A stretch of DNA of 61,861 nucleotides, counting the filler, from Globobulimina sp. (Eukaryota): the NCBI GenBank assembly GCA_003354225.1. It is 28 parts of 28 records of this genome, joined end to end, with 100 filler letters (N's around TTAATTAATTAA, not from the genome) between each part and the next. Parts side by side here need not be neighbours in the genome. Positions count along the whole stretch, not along the records: positions 22,143 to 24,256 come from PIVH01008884.1; positions 24,357 to 26,470 come from PIVH01008885.1; positions 26,571 to 28,683 come from PIVH01008886.1; positions 28,784 to 30,896 come from PIVH01008887.1; positions 30,997 to 33,109 come from PIVH01008888.1; positions 33,210 to 35,322 come from PIVH01008889.1; 22 more parts are not named here. One strand, 5' to 3'. The first letter of the stretch is position 1. The number at the start of each line of letters is the position of its first letter. A program made the position numbers and the translations under genes. Shown one piece after another: positions 24,207 through 33,385 of the stretch. The notes under the pieces were generated by a model, which searched no databases, was not told where the DNA came from, and saw nothing but the letters and a program-made list of their open reading frames with translations.

Positions 24207-24256
24207 GGGCTGCCTCAGGCTTTGAACCTGAATCTTCTGGATATATCTATCCAGTG
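24207..24256 (-). ncRNA. 3' portion of a tRNA-like element, cut by the contig end
   Basis: CTGGAT AGATAT ATCCAG AAGAT TCAGG TTCAAAG CCTGA GGCAGCC: perfect 5-bp T stem and a non-canonical anticodon hairpin. Confidence 0.6.
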
Positions 24257-24356
24257 NNNNNNNNNNNNNNNNNNNNNNNNNNNNNNNNNNNNNNNNNNNN
24301 TTAATTAATTAANNNNNNNNNNNNNNNNNNNNNNNNNNNNNNNNNNNNNNNNNNNN

Positions 24357-24705
24357 TATAGAGAAATCATTGCAGAAAGTATTGGCACCAAACGTTGTTG
24401 GAATAGAAATCATGAAATATTTATATGGCGAATTGTATTGTAACAAAGGAACAGGAATATTAAGACTTGATTTATCTGCAAATAAAAGGAGTGCCAGAAG
24501 ACATTCTATATTCAGTACTTTGCAAACTGCAAAAAGAAGACAGGATAATCGCAAAATTGATACAAAACTGGATGACTTTAAAAAGGTGTTTGAATCTTTG
24601 GAAAGAAATTGGATTCAGAGTGGTTTGGGCAATTCCAATGAATATTGGGATTGGAAGAAATCTATAAAAAAAATACATCGCATCCTAAATTTCCATGCAA
24701 TGTAA
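24357..24705 (+). CDS. hypothetical protein C-terminus
   Basis: open frame from contig start. Confidence 0.4.
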
Positions 24706-24796
24706 GTATGTAACTGCTATAAAGTACGTGTATACAAAAATGCGAACCCAAAACGTTTTTTGAAGTTAGTGATCTAGTCATCGTTTCACCTGATCG

Positions 24797-26239
24797 ATGA
24801 AGCATACCAACGAAAAACGTGTGAAAGATAAATGTGATCGATATCCAATGGAATTGATCGATGCTATGACACACGAAAGACTGCATCCAAAGGAACGCTT
24901 TTGGCAAATAGTTACTACCGTGACTTGCTTTATTGCATATGTTTTTGTGTATTTTTGTCGCAATCAGCTATATGTTGTAAATACAAATTTTAAATCATAT
25001 TTGGCTTCTGATAATAAAGAGGCACAAAAATATTTGGGCATAATGCTAGCATTTGGTTATGCGGCATATTTATGTGGCAAAATATTATTTTCATTCATCA
25101 CAGATACATATCTGAAATTCGGTGTGATCGCGTTGATGATAACTATGATATTTGCACCCATTTCAAGTTTATTATTTGCATTAATCTCAATTAATAACAA
25201 CCAATCATTGAGAATCGTGGTAGTGATGGTTTTATGGAGCGTCTTACGCATAGCTCAAGCAAGTGGATGGATTGGAATCGTAAAAATCATATCAAACTGG
25301 ATACCGTACAAATATCATGGCCGGGTCATGTCCTTTGTGTCGGTATCCTTTTTATTGGGTGACTTTGTCACGAGAATTATTTTAGGTGCAGTCCTAACTT
25401 ATTCTGAGAAATGGCAACACATTTTTATATTTGCAGCCATAGCAACGGGGTCGTTTGCAATTCCTACAGTGATTTTATTGCGAGACGATCCGACAAAGAG
25501 AGGTTTACCAAAACAATCTGAAAATCCAGAGAATGTATACAGTAAAAATAATACTCTGTATCGGAAGTCTTATGATTCAAATGGTGCGGCTGCAATAACT
25601 AATAATACAACATGGGGAATCTTAAAACCATTATTAGGTAGTTTTGATTTCTGGTTAGTGTTAATATATTCTTTTGAGTTTAGTTTAATTCGAGAAATGT
25701 TCAATGTGTACTCTGCAATGTATTTGCATGAAAGTGTGGGTGCTTCCACGTCTGTGTCAGCGTGGATTAGTGCATTATTTCCATTGATGGGGGTATTTAG
25801 TGCGCCATTATGTGGTCTATGGCTGGATAAAATTAGTAAAAAACATTTGCGTTTCATTATATTACCAATTGCTGCTTTCATTATATGTATTTGTTTATTG
25901 GTATTTACAATATTTAATGATAGTTTATCAATTGAATTGGTATCATTTTTATTATTGTTTTGTGGTTTTAGTTTATTGGGTCCATATTCATTGCTGGCTG
26001 GTGTTATGTCGATAGATCTTGGAGGACAAACTTCACCCGCTTTAATATGTGGATTGGTTGATGCTTCTGGTTATATCGGTGCTATTTTATTGTCACTGAT
26101 TTCTGCATTCTTTGATTTTCAAGTTATGTTTGCTGTTGCCGCATTTATTGCGTTTCTCGCTGTCGTCACTGGAATTGTGCAATTTACAAGAAATTATAAA
26201 TTAGCACTAAAACAAGATGAAAAAAGAAACCTTATTTGA
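24797..26239 (+). CDS. MFS transporter, OPA/GlpT/SLC37 sugar-phosphate family
   Basis: YVFVYFCR, AYLCGK, AQASGW..IVKIISNW, GPYSLLAG, GLVDASGYIG; about 12 TM helices. Confidence 0.88.
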   Translation: MKHTNEKRVKDKCDRYPMELIDAMTHERLHPKERFWQIVTTVTCFIAYVFVYFCRNQLYVVNTNFKSYLASDNKEAQKYLGIMLAFGYAAYLCGKILFSFITDTYLKFGVIALMITMIFAPISSLLFALISINNNQSLRIVVVMVLWSVLRIAQASGWIGIVKIISNWIPYKYHGRVMSFVSVSFLLGDFVTRIILGAVLTYSEKWQHIFIFAAIATGSFAIPTVILLRDDPTKRGLPKQSENPENVYSKNNTLYRKSYDSNGAAAITNNTTWGILKPLLGSFDFWLVLIYSFEFSLIREMFNVYSAMYLHESVGASTSVSAWISALFPLMGVFSAPLCGLWLDKISKKHLRFIILPIAAFIICICLLVFTIFNDSLSIELVSFLLLFCGFSLLGPYSLLAGVMSIDLGGQTSPALICGLVDASGYIGAILLSLISAFFDFQVMFAVAAFIAFLAVVTGIVQFTRNYKLALKQDEKRNLI

Positions 26240-27052
26240 TTTATAGATAATATTTAATTCTACATAATAATAATAGTAATATTAACGCACTAATGCATAT
26301 AATTAATTCCATATTTTCATCTAAACTCCGATCCATTTCTCTAAATTCTTTTCGCAGTTCGAGTTTTTTACTTTATGAAAAACATATTCCATACAGCTAG
26401 TGTACAGCTAGTTCATCCATCGTATTTCCATAACGTCAGTGCAGTTCAAGTCTCTTGTGATAAACAAGCTNNNNNNNNNNNNNNNNNNNNNNNNNNNNNN
26501 NNNNNNNNNNNNNNTTAATTAATTAANNNNNNNNNNNNNNNNNNNNNNNNNNNNNNNNNNNNNNNNNNNNGCAGATATCTTATGATTGGATTGTGAGTTG
26601 CATAAAAGGTTTGCCATGAATGAAGATTCAGGAATGACAATCTTACTTCAGTTGCGACCAAGTATGAATTAGCAATTCTTTCTCTTTTGATGATGATAAT
26701 TAAATTAAATATTCGCGAATAAAATATGAATGTGAATAACAACTAATTTCTTTACAAATGGTCCAGCGGTTGCCGCTGGTTTGGCCTTGGGGGCTCCCAC
26801 CCAGTTTATATTAGCTGCAGTTTATATTCAGGTTTGCCTGATAAAATAGCTTCTTATGCTTAATGGGAATACACATCAAATCATCATCAAACTTATTTAC
26901 ACCAAACTTATTTACATGCTTAATTTACAAAATCCAGTGATAAAATGGCAAATATGATAAACAATTAAAATGAAAAATGCTTATTGATTATAAAATTAAT
27001 TTCTATTTTTAGTGGTAATTATTGTTAAAATCAAATAGTGCATTAATTCAAC

Positions 27053-27520
27053 ATGAAATACATTGGAACAATTCTGCTCATTTCAACATGTTTATGTACA
27101 TTAAATACAATTGCATTCACCGAAGATATTCTAGATCCAAATACAAATATTTTCCGAGTAGTTTTGGAGAAAGAATCTTCGTTTTTGAGAAAGAATCCAT
27201 ACAAAGATCCACCATTAAACTACAAAATAGATTGGAAAACACAAGGATTAAATTCAGAAACACATCATTCAGTGTTTCCAGGTATTTATACCGTTTCTGA
27301 TTTAAAGAAATATCGTTTTCATCCTAACACCGCACATTCTAATGCCAATCAAAAAACTTTTATTATTTTAATTGGAGATTCCAATGAACGCATTACGTTG
27401 AAATGGAAAGACGACACCGCCAAATCAGTAATGTCAGGTTTTAAACTGCAACTTTCTTTCAACATAATATTCCAAAAGATAACCATCCCCTTACTTTGGT
27501 TTCGTTCAGTTTCGTTTTAA
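27053..27520 (+). CDS. hypothetical secreted protein of uncertain (possibly prokaryotic) origin
   Basis: MKY-type signal peptide; 155-aa ORF. Confidence 0.35.
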   Translation: MKYIGTILLISTCLCTLNTIAFTEDILDPNTNIFRVVLEKESSFLRKNPYKDPPLNYKIDWKTQGLNSETHHSVFPGIYTVSDLKKYRFHPNTAHSNANQKTFIILIGDSNERITLKWKDDTAKSVMSGFKLQLSFNIIFQKITIPLLWFRSVSF

Positions 27521-27634
27521 CGATTAGCAATGTTTTTGGGTTAGCTAGAGTGGTTTTCAACTTCAAATACAAGTATTACCTAAGTAAAGATGAAACGAAA
27601 TCTAATTAACTAACGACAAAATAAATAAATTACA

Positions 27635-28683
27635 CTACAAACTCGCACATAAACAAAGCCAAAGTGGGCAAAATGGTGGATTATGATTACAATTTAGTTC
27701 ACACCAATCTCCAATACCAGGTACATCTTGCAGTAGTCCGATTCCAATACAATATAAGTAACCTTGTGATGCAGTTGTTGGTGATGTAGTTGTTGGTGCT
27801 GTGCTTGTTGGTGCTGCTGTTGTTGGTGATGGTGTTGTTGGTGATGCAATTGTAGGTGATGCTGTTGTTGGTGATGTTGTTGTTGGTGACGCTGTTGTTG
27901 GTGATGGTGTTGTTGGTGATGCTGTTGTTGGTGATGGTGTTGTTGGTGATGCTGTTGTTGGTGATGGTGTTGTTGGTGCTGCTGTTGTTGGTGATGGTGT
28001 TGTTGGTGATGCTGTTGTTGGTGATGCAGTTGTTGGTTCTGCAGTTGTTGGTGTTCCTGTTGTTGGTGTTGAAGTTCCACTATTACATTCAAGAACAAAT
28101 ATCTTCTCATTCACATCGCATTCTATATAATCATTCACCTCGCCACTTGTCTCCACTATTGGAGCACCTTCACATATTTCATTACTAAACCACGTCGAAA
28201 TTTTAGCAATGTTATTATCACATTCATATTTCATACTCATTCCCGTTCCTGAAACAGGTACACAAACATCTAAAAGATTCGCAGAGTCTCCATATAAACA
28301 ATTTGGTCCTGGTGGAATGCTACAATCTGGACTGTCTGCAATTGGATCTGTTTCAAAGTCTCTTGTTTTAACATAAGGACAAGTTTCGCCTGTTACACAT
28401 GAAAATGCCATCTGCATATCATCAGTCAAATTGATTGAGTGCATATCATCAGTCAAATTGATTGAGTGTTTTGGAGTGCCACTGCAGTCTTCGTCATCGT
28501 TCTCATACTCCACCTGGAAAATTAATCCATCTCTACACTCAAATGATGAATGTCTGACTTGAATACCATTTCCTTCATCTACTTTTCTGCTCAAACATAC
28601 ACCAGTTGGCTGAATGAAAATTGTTGGTCCCATGGTAATGCTTACATGATCACAATGACTTACAACAATCGCATTTGTACTTG
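27635..28683 (-). CDS. secreted Cys-rich protein with mucin-like PTT(A/P)S linker and C-terminal 6-Cys module, 5'-partial
   Basis: about 20 copies of a 15-nt/5-aa repeat; ends C-x12-WCELNCNHNPPFCPLWLCLC. Confidence 0.8.
27765..28070 (-). repeat. coding 15-nt tandem repeat (CCAACAACAGCATCA type)
   Basis: visible directly; encodes Pro-Thr-Thr-x-Ser. Confidence 0.95.
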
Positions 28684-29231
28684 NNNNNNNNNNNNNNNNN
28701 NNNNNNNNNNNNNNNNNNNNNNNNNNNTTAATTAATTAANNNNNNNNNNNNNNNNNNNNNNNNNNNNNNNNNNNNNNNNNNNNCACAGATTCTTTCCTAA
28801 GTATTATAATTTCTATATTTATAGTGAATAAGTAAATAAAAATAAGACAATTAACTCATTTGGCGGGCCTTCTGCAAATCACATAAGAAATCATCGATTT
28901 CTCGACGTACCGCAATCCTCTGTCTCTTCGCGTTCTCCTTCGCCTCGTTGATACTATTGAACGCCTTTTGCTTTCTGTCGATTCACAGCCGTTCATTTTT
29001 AAACAACCGGTTCAAAAACATGGTCATAATTATACATCGTCATAATTCTACACCGTCACGGCATCGTTCTACAGCACCAATGGCCATGTGGATCGTTGAT
29101 ATTTGAGATAACTCAACCTTAAGTGCAGTTTTTTGCAAAAATGTATAATATGATGGATCCAATGTCTCAGTTTGCTCTATAGCGGGTGCATATAAGTACT
29201 GCGATTTGCAATATTTTGCAATAGCACCAAC

Positions 29232-29318
29232 AAAGTGGACGTCAGGACGTAAAATACTACGTCCTGACGTTAGTATAAGACGTCAGGACGTCTTGTAAGA
29301 CGTCCTGACGTCCACTTT
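29232..29318. repeat. nested palindromic element of four alternating ACGTCAGGACGT units
   Basis: AAAGTGGACGTCAGGACGT ... ACGTCCTGACGTCCACTTT terminal inverted arms with two inner inverted copies. Confidence 0.85.
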
Positions 29319-29459
29319 TTTGTATATCTAAAGTCTGGTACATTATTGTGATTGTTTGTATGTTTATGTTTGTGTTTATATTATTTGTTGTGTTCTTTAT
29401 CATCGAAGGCACAACTATTGATCAGATTTCAACTTTTCTAGTTGGTTGATCACCAACAC

Positions 29460-30020
29460 AATGCAATATATCAGGATTGGAGTGGACGAGCATTGGATCG
29501 TATCTTGTCATTAACATTTGGTATTGGCACATTAAATGCATTTGAAACCACATTTGAAGACGAAGTACACAGTGATTTAACAGGGGAGCGATGCTGTTTA
29601 ATGGGTTTAATTCAGGGCGCATTTAAAGCACAATATGATGTGTTACGAGAGAATGGACATTCACCGTCGGAGGCATTTACTGAAACTGTTGAAGAGGCGC
29701 TAGTATCATTGTATCCATTGGTTAATGAGAATGGGATGGATTGGATGTATCGAAACTGTCCAACTACGGCACAAAGAGGTGCATTAGATTGGAGCAGAAG
29801 ATTTGAAAAAGTGTTAAAACCTGTGATTGAAGAATGTTATGAATCTGTAAAGTCTGGGAAAGAAACAGAGATTGTAATAGATTCATGTTCGAGTAGTGAT
29901 TATAGAGAGAAATTAGAGAAAGAATTGGCTGAAATGGATGATCAGGAAATATGGAAAGTTGGTAAAATATTACGAGAATTGAGAAACAAATCAATATCTG
30001 ATTTAAAAGTTCCTAAATAA
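29460..30020 (+). CDS. ilvC: ketol-acid reductoisomerase C-terminal half (N-terminal half absent)
   Basis: FETTFEDEVHSDLTGERCCLMG, AQYDVLRENGHSPSEAF.ETVEE, TTAQRGALDW (fungal/Bacteroidetes ILV5 type). Confidence 0.88.
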   Translation, partial: NAIYQDWSGRALDRILSLTFGIGTLNAFETTFEDEVHSDLTGERCCLMGLIQGAFKAQYDVLRENGHSPSEAFTETVEEALVSLYPLVNENGMDWMYRNCPTTAQRGALDWSRRFEKVLKPVIEECYESVKSGKETEIVIDSCSSSDYREKLEKELAEMDDQEIWKVGKILRELRNKSISDLKVPK

Positions 30021-30102
30021 CTCGTTTTTCAATGTAATAATACTGCAACTTGCTGGCTTAATGTTTTATTGAAGTAAACTAAGCAACGCATCATCCTACA
30101 AC

Positions 30103-30648
30103 ATGGAGACAGAAGTGTTACTACATAAAAACACTGCTCGTATTAAGAATGAATGGTCAACAATGCAGTTAGTTTGTATTGTAGCACTATGCGTAATATT
30201 GAGTACTTTAGGCAGTAATATGGACAGAATTATAAAAGCGTTGAAATATAATGACAACGAGAATAAATATGATAAATATGACATAGTTATTGTTGGTGCT
30301 GGAATAACTGGATTAACGCATTCATATTTTTTGAATGAATATTATGATTACAAAATATTAACAGTTGAGAGATTCAATCGGGTTGGCGGTAGAACACATA
30401 GTGTTCATTTAAAATATAATGAGTCAACAATTGTTTTTGAGAATGGTGCAATTCGATTTCCATACGACTCCAATTTATATAAATTATTAAGTTCATTGGA
30501 TTTATGTAATGATATGATAATATTCAGCGATTCATCAATCAATAGATCCCCAAATTATTTATATCGTAATGTTTGGGCACCAGTTCAGGCAATTAATGCC
30601 ACAAATTATTGGGCGCAAATGTATAACTTTCATAACAAAGTTAATTGA
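30103..30648 (+). CDS. flavin-dependent amine oxidase family, first exon(s) only
   Basis: N-terminal TM helix, DIVIVGAGITGL, RVGGR, ENGAIRF. Confidence 0.8.
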   Translation: METEVLLHKNTARIKNEWSTMQLVCIVALCVILSTLGSNMDRIIKALKYNDNENKYDKYDIVIVGAGITGLTHSYFLNEYYDYKILTVERFNRVGGRTHSVHLKYNESTIVFENGAIRFPYDSNLYKLLSSLDLCNDMIIFSDSSINRSPNYLYRNVWAPVQAINATNYWAQMYNFHNKVN

Positions 30649-30778
30649 TTTATTTTTATATACGTAGAAAACGTTATTTTGTGTACATTATTTTAACAAA
30701 TAACCTTATTACATTTTGTGTACATTTAACAAATAACGAAATTTCATATACAAAAAAAAAGTTATTCTAAATATAACT

Positions 30779-30896
30779 TTTTTGTTTGAGAAAAGTTATT
30801 TTTTTTGTCATCCATAAAAGGCAGTGATGAATACAAAAATGAAGGCGTTGATGATTTTTATGGATGACAAAAAAAATATCTTTTCTCAAACAAAAA
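30779..30896. repeat. 41-bp inverted repeat (MITE-like or foldback)
   Basis: TTTTTGTTTGAGAAAAG-TTA-TTTTTTTTGTCATCCATAAAA nearly mirrored at 30856-30896. Confidence 0.8.
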
Positions 30897-31330
30897 NNNN
30901 NNNNNNNNNNNNNNNNNNNNNNNNNNNNNNNNNNNNNNNNTTAATTAATTAANNNNNNNNNNNNNNNNNNNNNNNNNNNNNNNNNNNNNNNNNNNNATGT
31001 ACAACAATATCATGAGGGGCATAATGTGTTGGATACATTGAAGGATTAAAGTAGTATTTGAGCTTTGTGAAAGAATGTACTCTTTTATGAATGAAAATCC
31101 TTTAACTTCTTAGTGAATCGCGAGTCCCTTAAACTATATTTGCAATCAGGCAACAAATCAGATAATTGACATGATCGATATTCCAAAGCTGGTAAAGCAA
31201 CAAAAAGCAATTTGATGACATGAGGTGGATGCTGCAATCGATGGCAGTTCCCATAAACCATTGACAACTATATTTCACTGCATTAAATACAAAATGAAAG
31301 ATGATTACTAGACAACAGCAAATATGAAAT

Positions 31331-31583
31331 GACTCAGTAGCTCAATGATAGAGCGTGTGTCTGCAGTTTCGGCTGTTCCACCCAACAAAAACTCAACATT
31401 GATTTTTTCAAACAATCCATTATGATTATTGAAAAAATTGGTTTGTATTTGCAGTAATAATACGACATTATATTGCAATGCAAATTAATTTCTAAACTCA
31501 TTGTTGCTCAACATAGAGATGCTCCAAATTAAATGTTATGGTTATAACTCACATGAATGTAGGTTTGAGTCCTACCTGAGTCA
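31331..31583 (+). ncRNA. tRNA-like element with a 183-nt structured insert after CTGCAG ('maxi' copy 1)
   Basis: acceptor GACTCAG/CTGAGTC-A, D stem GCTC/GAGC, T arm GTAGG TTTGAGT CCTAC; paralog at 45370-45571. Confidence 0.8.
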
Positions 31584-32435
31584 GCATTGTAAAATTCTTC
31601 TTTTGCACATACCATCCTCCAACCCGTTTAAATCGCAAATTAAAAACGCCATTTTAGAGTAGAGCACAGCTGCATGCTGTCCTCTTTTTGTGCATAATCA
31701 CCAGTAGTATCATCTGTATCAATCTGAATCAATCTGACCGTCGTCGGACCAAGATTTAATTTGCGTGAACGATTAGGGCTTTCCGATAAGTACTGAAAAT
31801 TTCTGCTGTTCAAAAACGTTTTCAGTTCTTTTCCCTGTTTTCGTCAAAAGTTATGGTTTAAAATAAAAGAATTATACAAAGACATTGCTATTCGATCCTG
31901 ATTTGAATACAATTATTTAGAAAAGGAATTGAGTGGCAATCCACCACTCACCACTGCAATATTGGAAATAAGAGATTTGAGTGGCAATCAACAGCCACAA
32001 TCTCACAAAAACGATTTTTTAATATGATATTATTATTAAAATAGAATTTGATGGTTATTATACCATCACAAAATACGCAAACATATTATGTTTATTGTGT
32101 TACTCATGTAATTTAATGGAATTTTATGGTTATTTTGCCATCACAGACAACACAATGAAATACATTAATTGTATATTTATTATTTAATTGTATAATTTTG
32201 GATGAACATATAATAGCATCGACAACAGAGTTAGTTTTGTTAATTTATTGATGGGCAATGATGTCGATATTGTAAAGAGAGTTGGAAATGAATTGGAAGA
32301 TATGATGCGATTATACGACAAATATGGCAATAATTTGAATAAAAATATGTTAGATTTGAATATATCGAGTTAATATATATTTTTTTCACACAATATAATA
32401 TAGGCAGTATAGAGAGTGGCAAGATAATTGCAAAC

Positions 32436-32570
32436 AAAATAGGAAATATAAGCGTAAAAAAATAGGAAATACAGTATTGGTAATCTGATTTCCAACAAAA
32501 ATAGGAAATATAAGGTCAAAAAATTCTACAATACATTGTATTGCTGATTTTATATTGCCTATTTTTGCTG
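32436..32570. repeat. three direct and one inverted near-copies of AAAATAGGAAATATAA
   Basis: visible directly next to the mini tRNA-like element. Confidence 0.55.
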
Positions 32571-32581
32571 TTTTTTTCTAA

Positions 32582-32645
32582 TGTGATGATTGGGATTTTA
32601 ACCCAAATATTCTTCAATAAGACGCTCTCTTTGAGCTATCATCAC
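32582..32645 (-). ncRNA. 64-nt tRNA-like element with stub anticodon arm ('mini' copy 2)
   Basis: GTGATGA TA GCTC AAAGA GAGC G TCTT ATTG AAGA ATAT TTGGG TTAAAAT CCCAA TCATCAC A. Confidence 0.75.
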
Positions 32646-32704
32646 AAGAAGATATTTGTAGGTGGCAGCTGTCACGGCGCTATGGCCACGCTTGATTTGT
32701 CCAC

Positions 32705-33109
32705 GGCGCTACGTACCGTAATAAATGCCATCGGTACGTATTGGAGGCGCCGTACCATCATTAATAGCATCGATTGGCGGCGCCGTACCATCATAAATCC
32801 CATCGGTACGCATTGGAGATGCCGTACCGTAATAAATACCATCGGCACGCATTGGCGGCGCCGTACCATCATTAATAGCATCGATTGGTGGCGCCGTACC
32901 ATCATAAATAATATCGGTACGCATTGGTGGCGCCGTACCATCATAAATAATATCGGTACGCATTGGTGGCGGCGTACCATCATAAATCATATCGGTACGC
33001 ATTGGTGGCGCCGTACCATCATAAATAATATCGGCACGCATTGAGGGCGCCGTACCATCATAAATCATATCGGTACGCTTTGGCGGCGCCGTACCATCAT
33101 TAATAGCAT
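32705..33109. repeat. GC-rich tandem array of 39-nt and 33-nt units (about 10.5 copies, runs off the contig)
   Basis: consensus GGCGCCGTACCATCATAAATAATATCGGTACGCATTGGT; minus frame reads (DGTAPPMRTDIIY)n. Confidence 0.92.
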
Positions 33110-33385
33110 NNNNNNNNNNNNNNNNNNNNNNNNNNNNNNNNNNNNNNNNNNNNTTAATTAATTAANNNNNNNNNNNNNNNNNNNNNNNNNNNNNNNNNNN
33201 NNNNNNNNNAATATGAATCCCAAAATATGCGGTTTTTCACAAGTGTGGCCCTAGAAACCTTTTTTTTTCATCGAAAAACATTTATATAATAATTACAAAT
33301 TACAAACCATAATAAATCATGAAAAACAACGTAAAAAAAACTATTGTATGACACATAAGTATGAAAGCAAAAGTGATGAAATATT

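Noticed and set aside
27694-28188. Poly-Q/H and poly-V/L ORFs
   Set aside because: Shadow frames of the PTT repeat gene
31331-31583. Plain tRNA-Cys, tRNA-Tyr or tmRNA call
   Set aside because: A73 is wrong for Cys, G1-C72 and GCA are wrong for eukaryotic Tyr, and there is no G3-U70 pair or tag ORF, while a full D stem is present
32705-33109. CRISPR-like array of palindromic repeats
   Set aside because: No unique spacers, units are contiguous near-copies, and there are no cas genes
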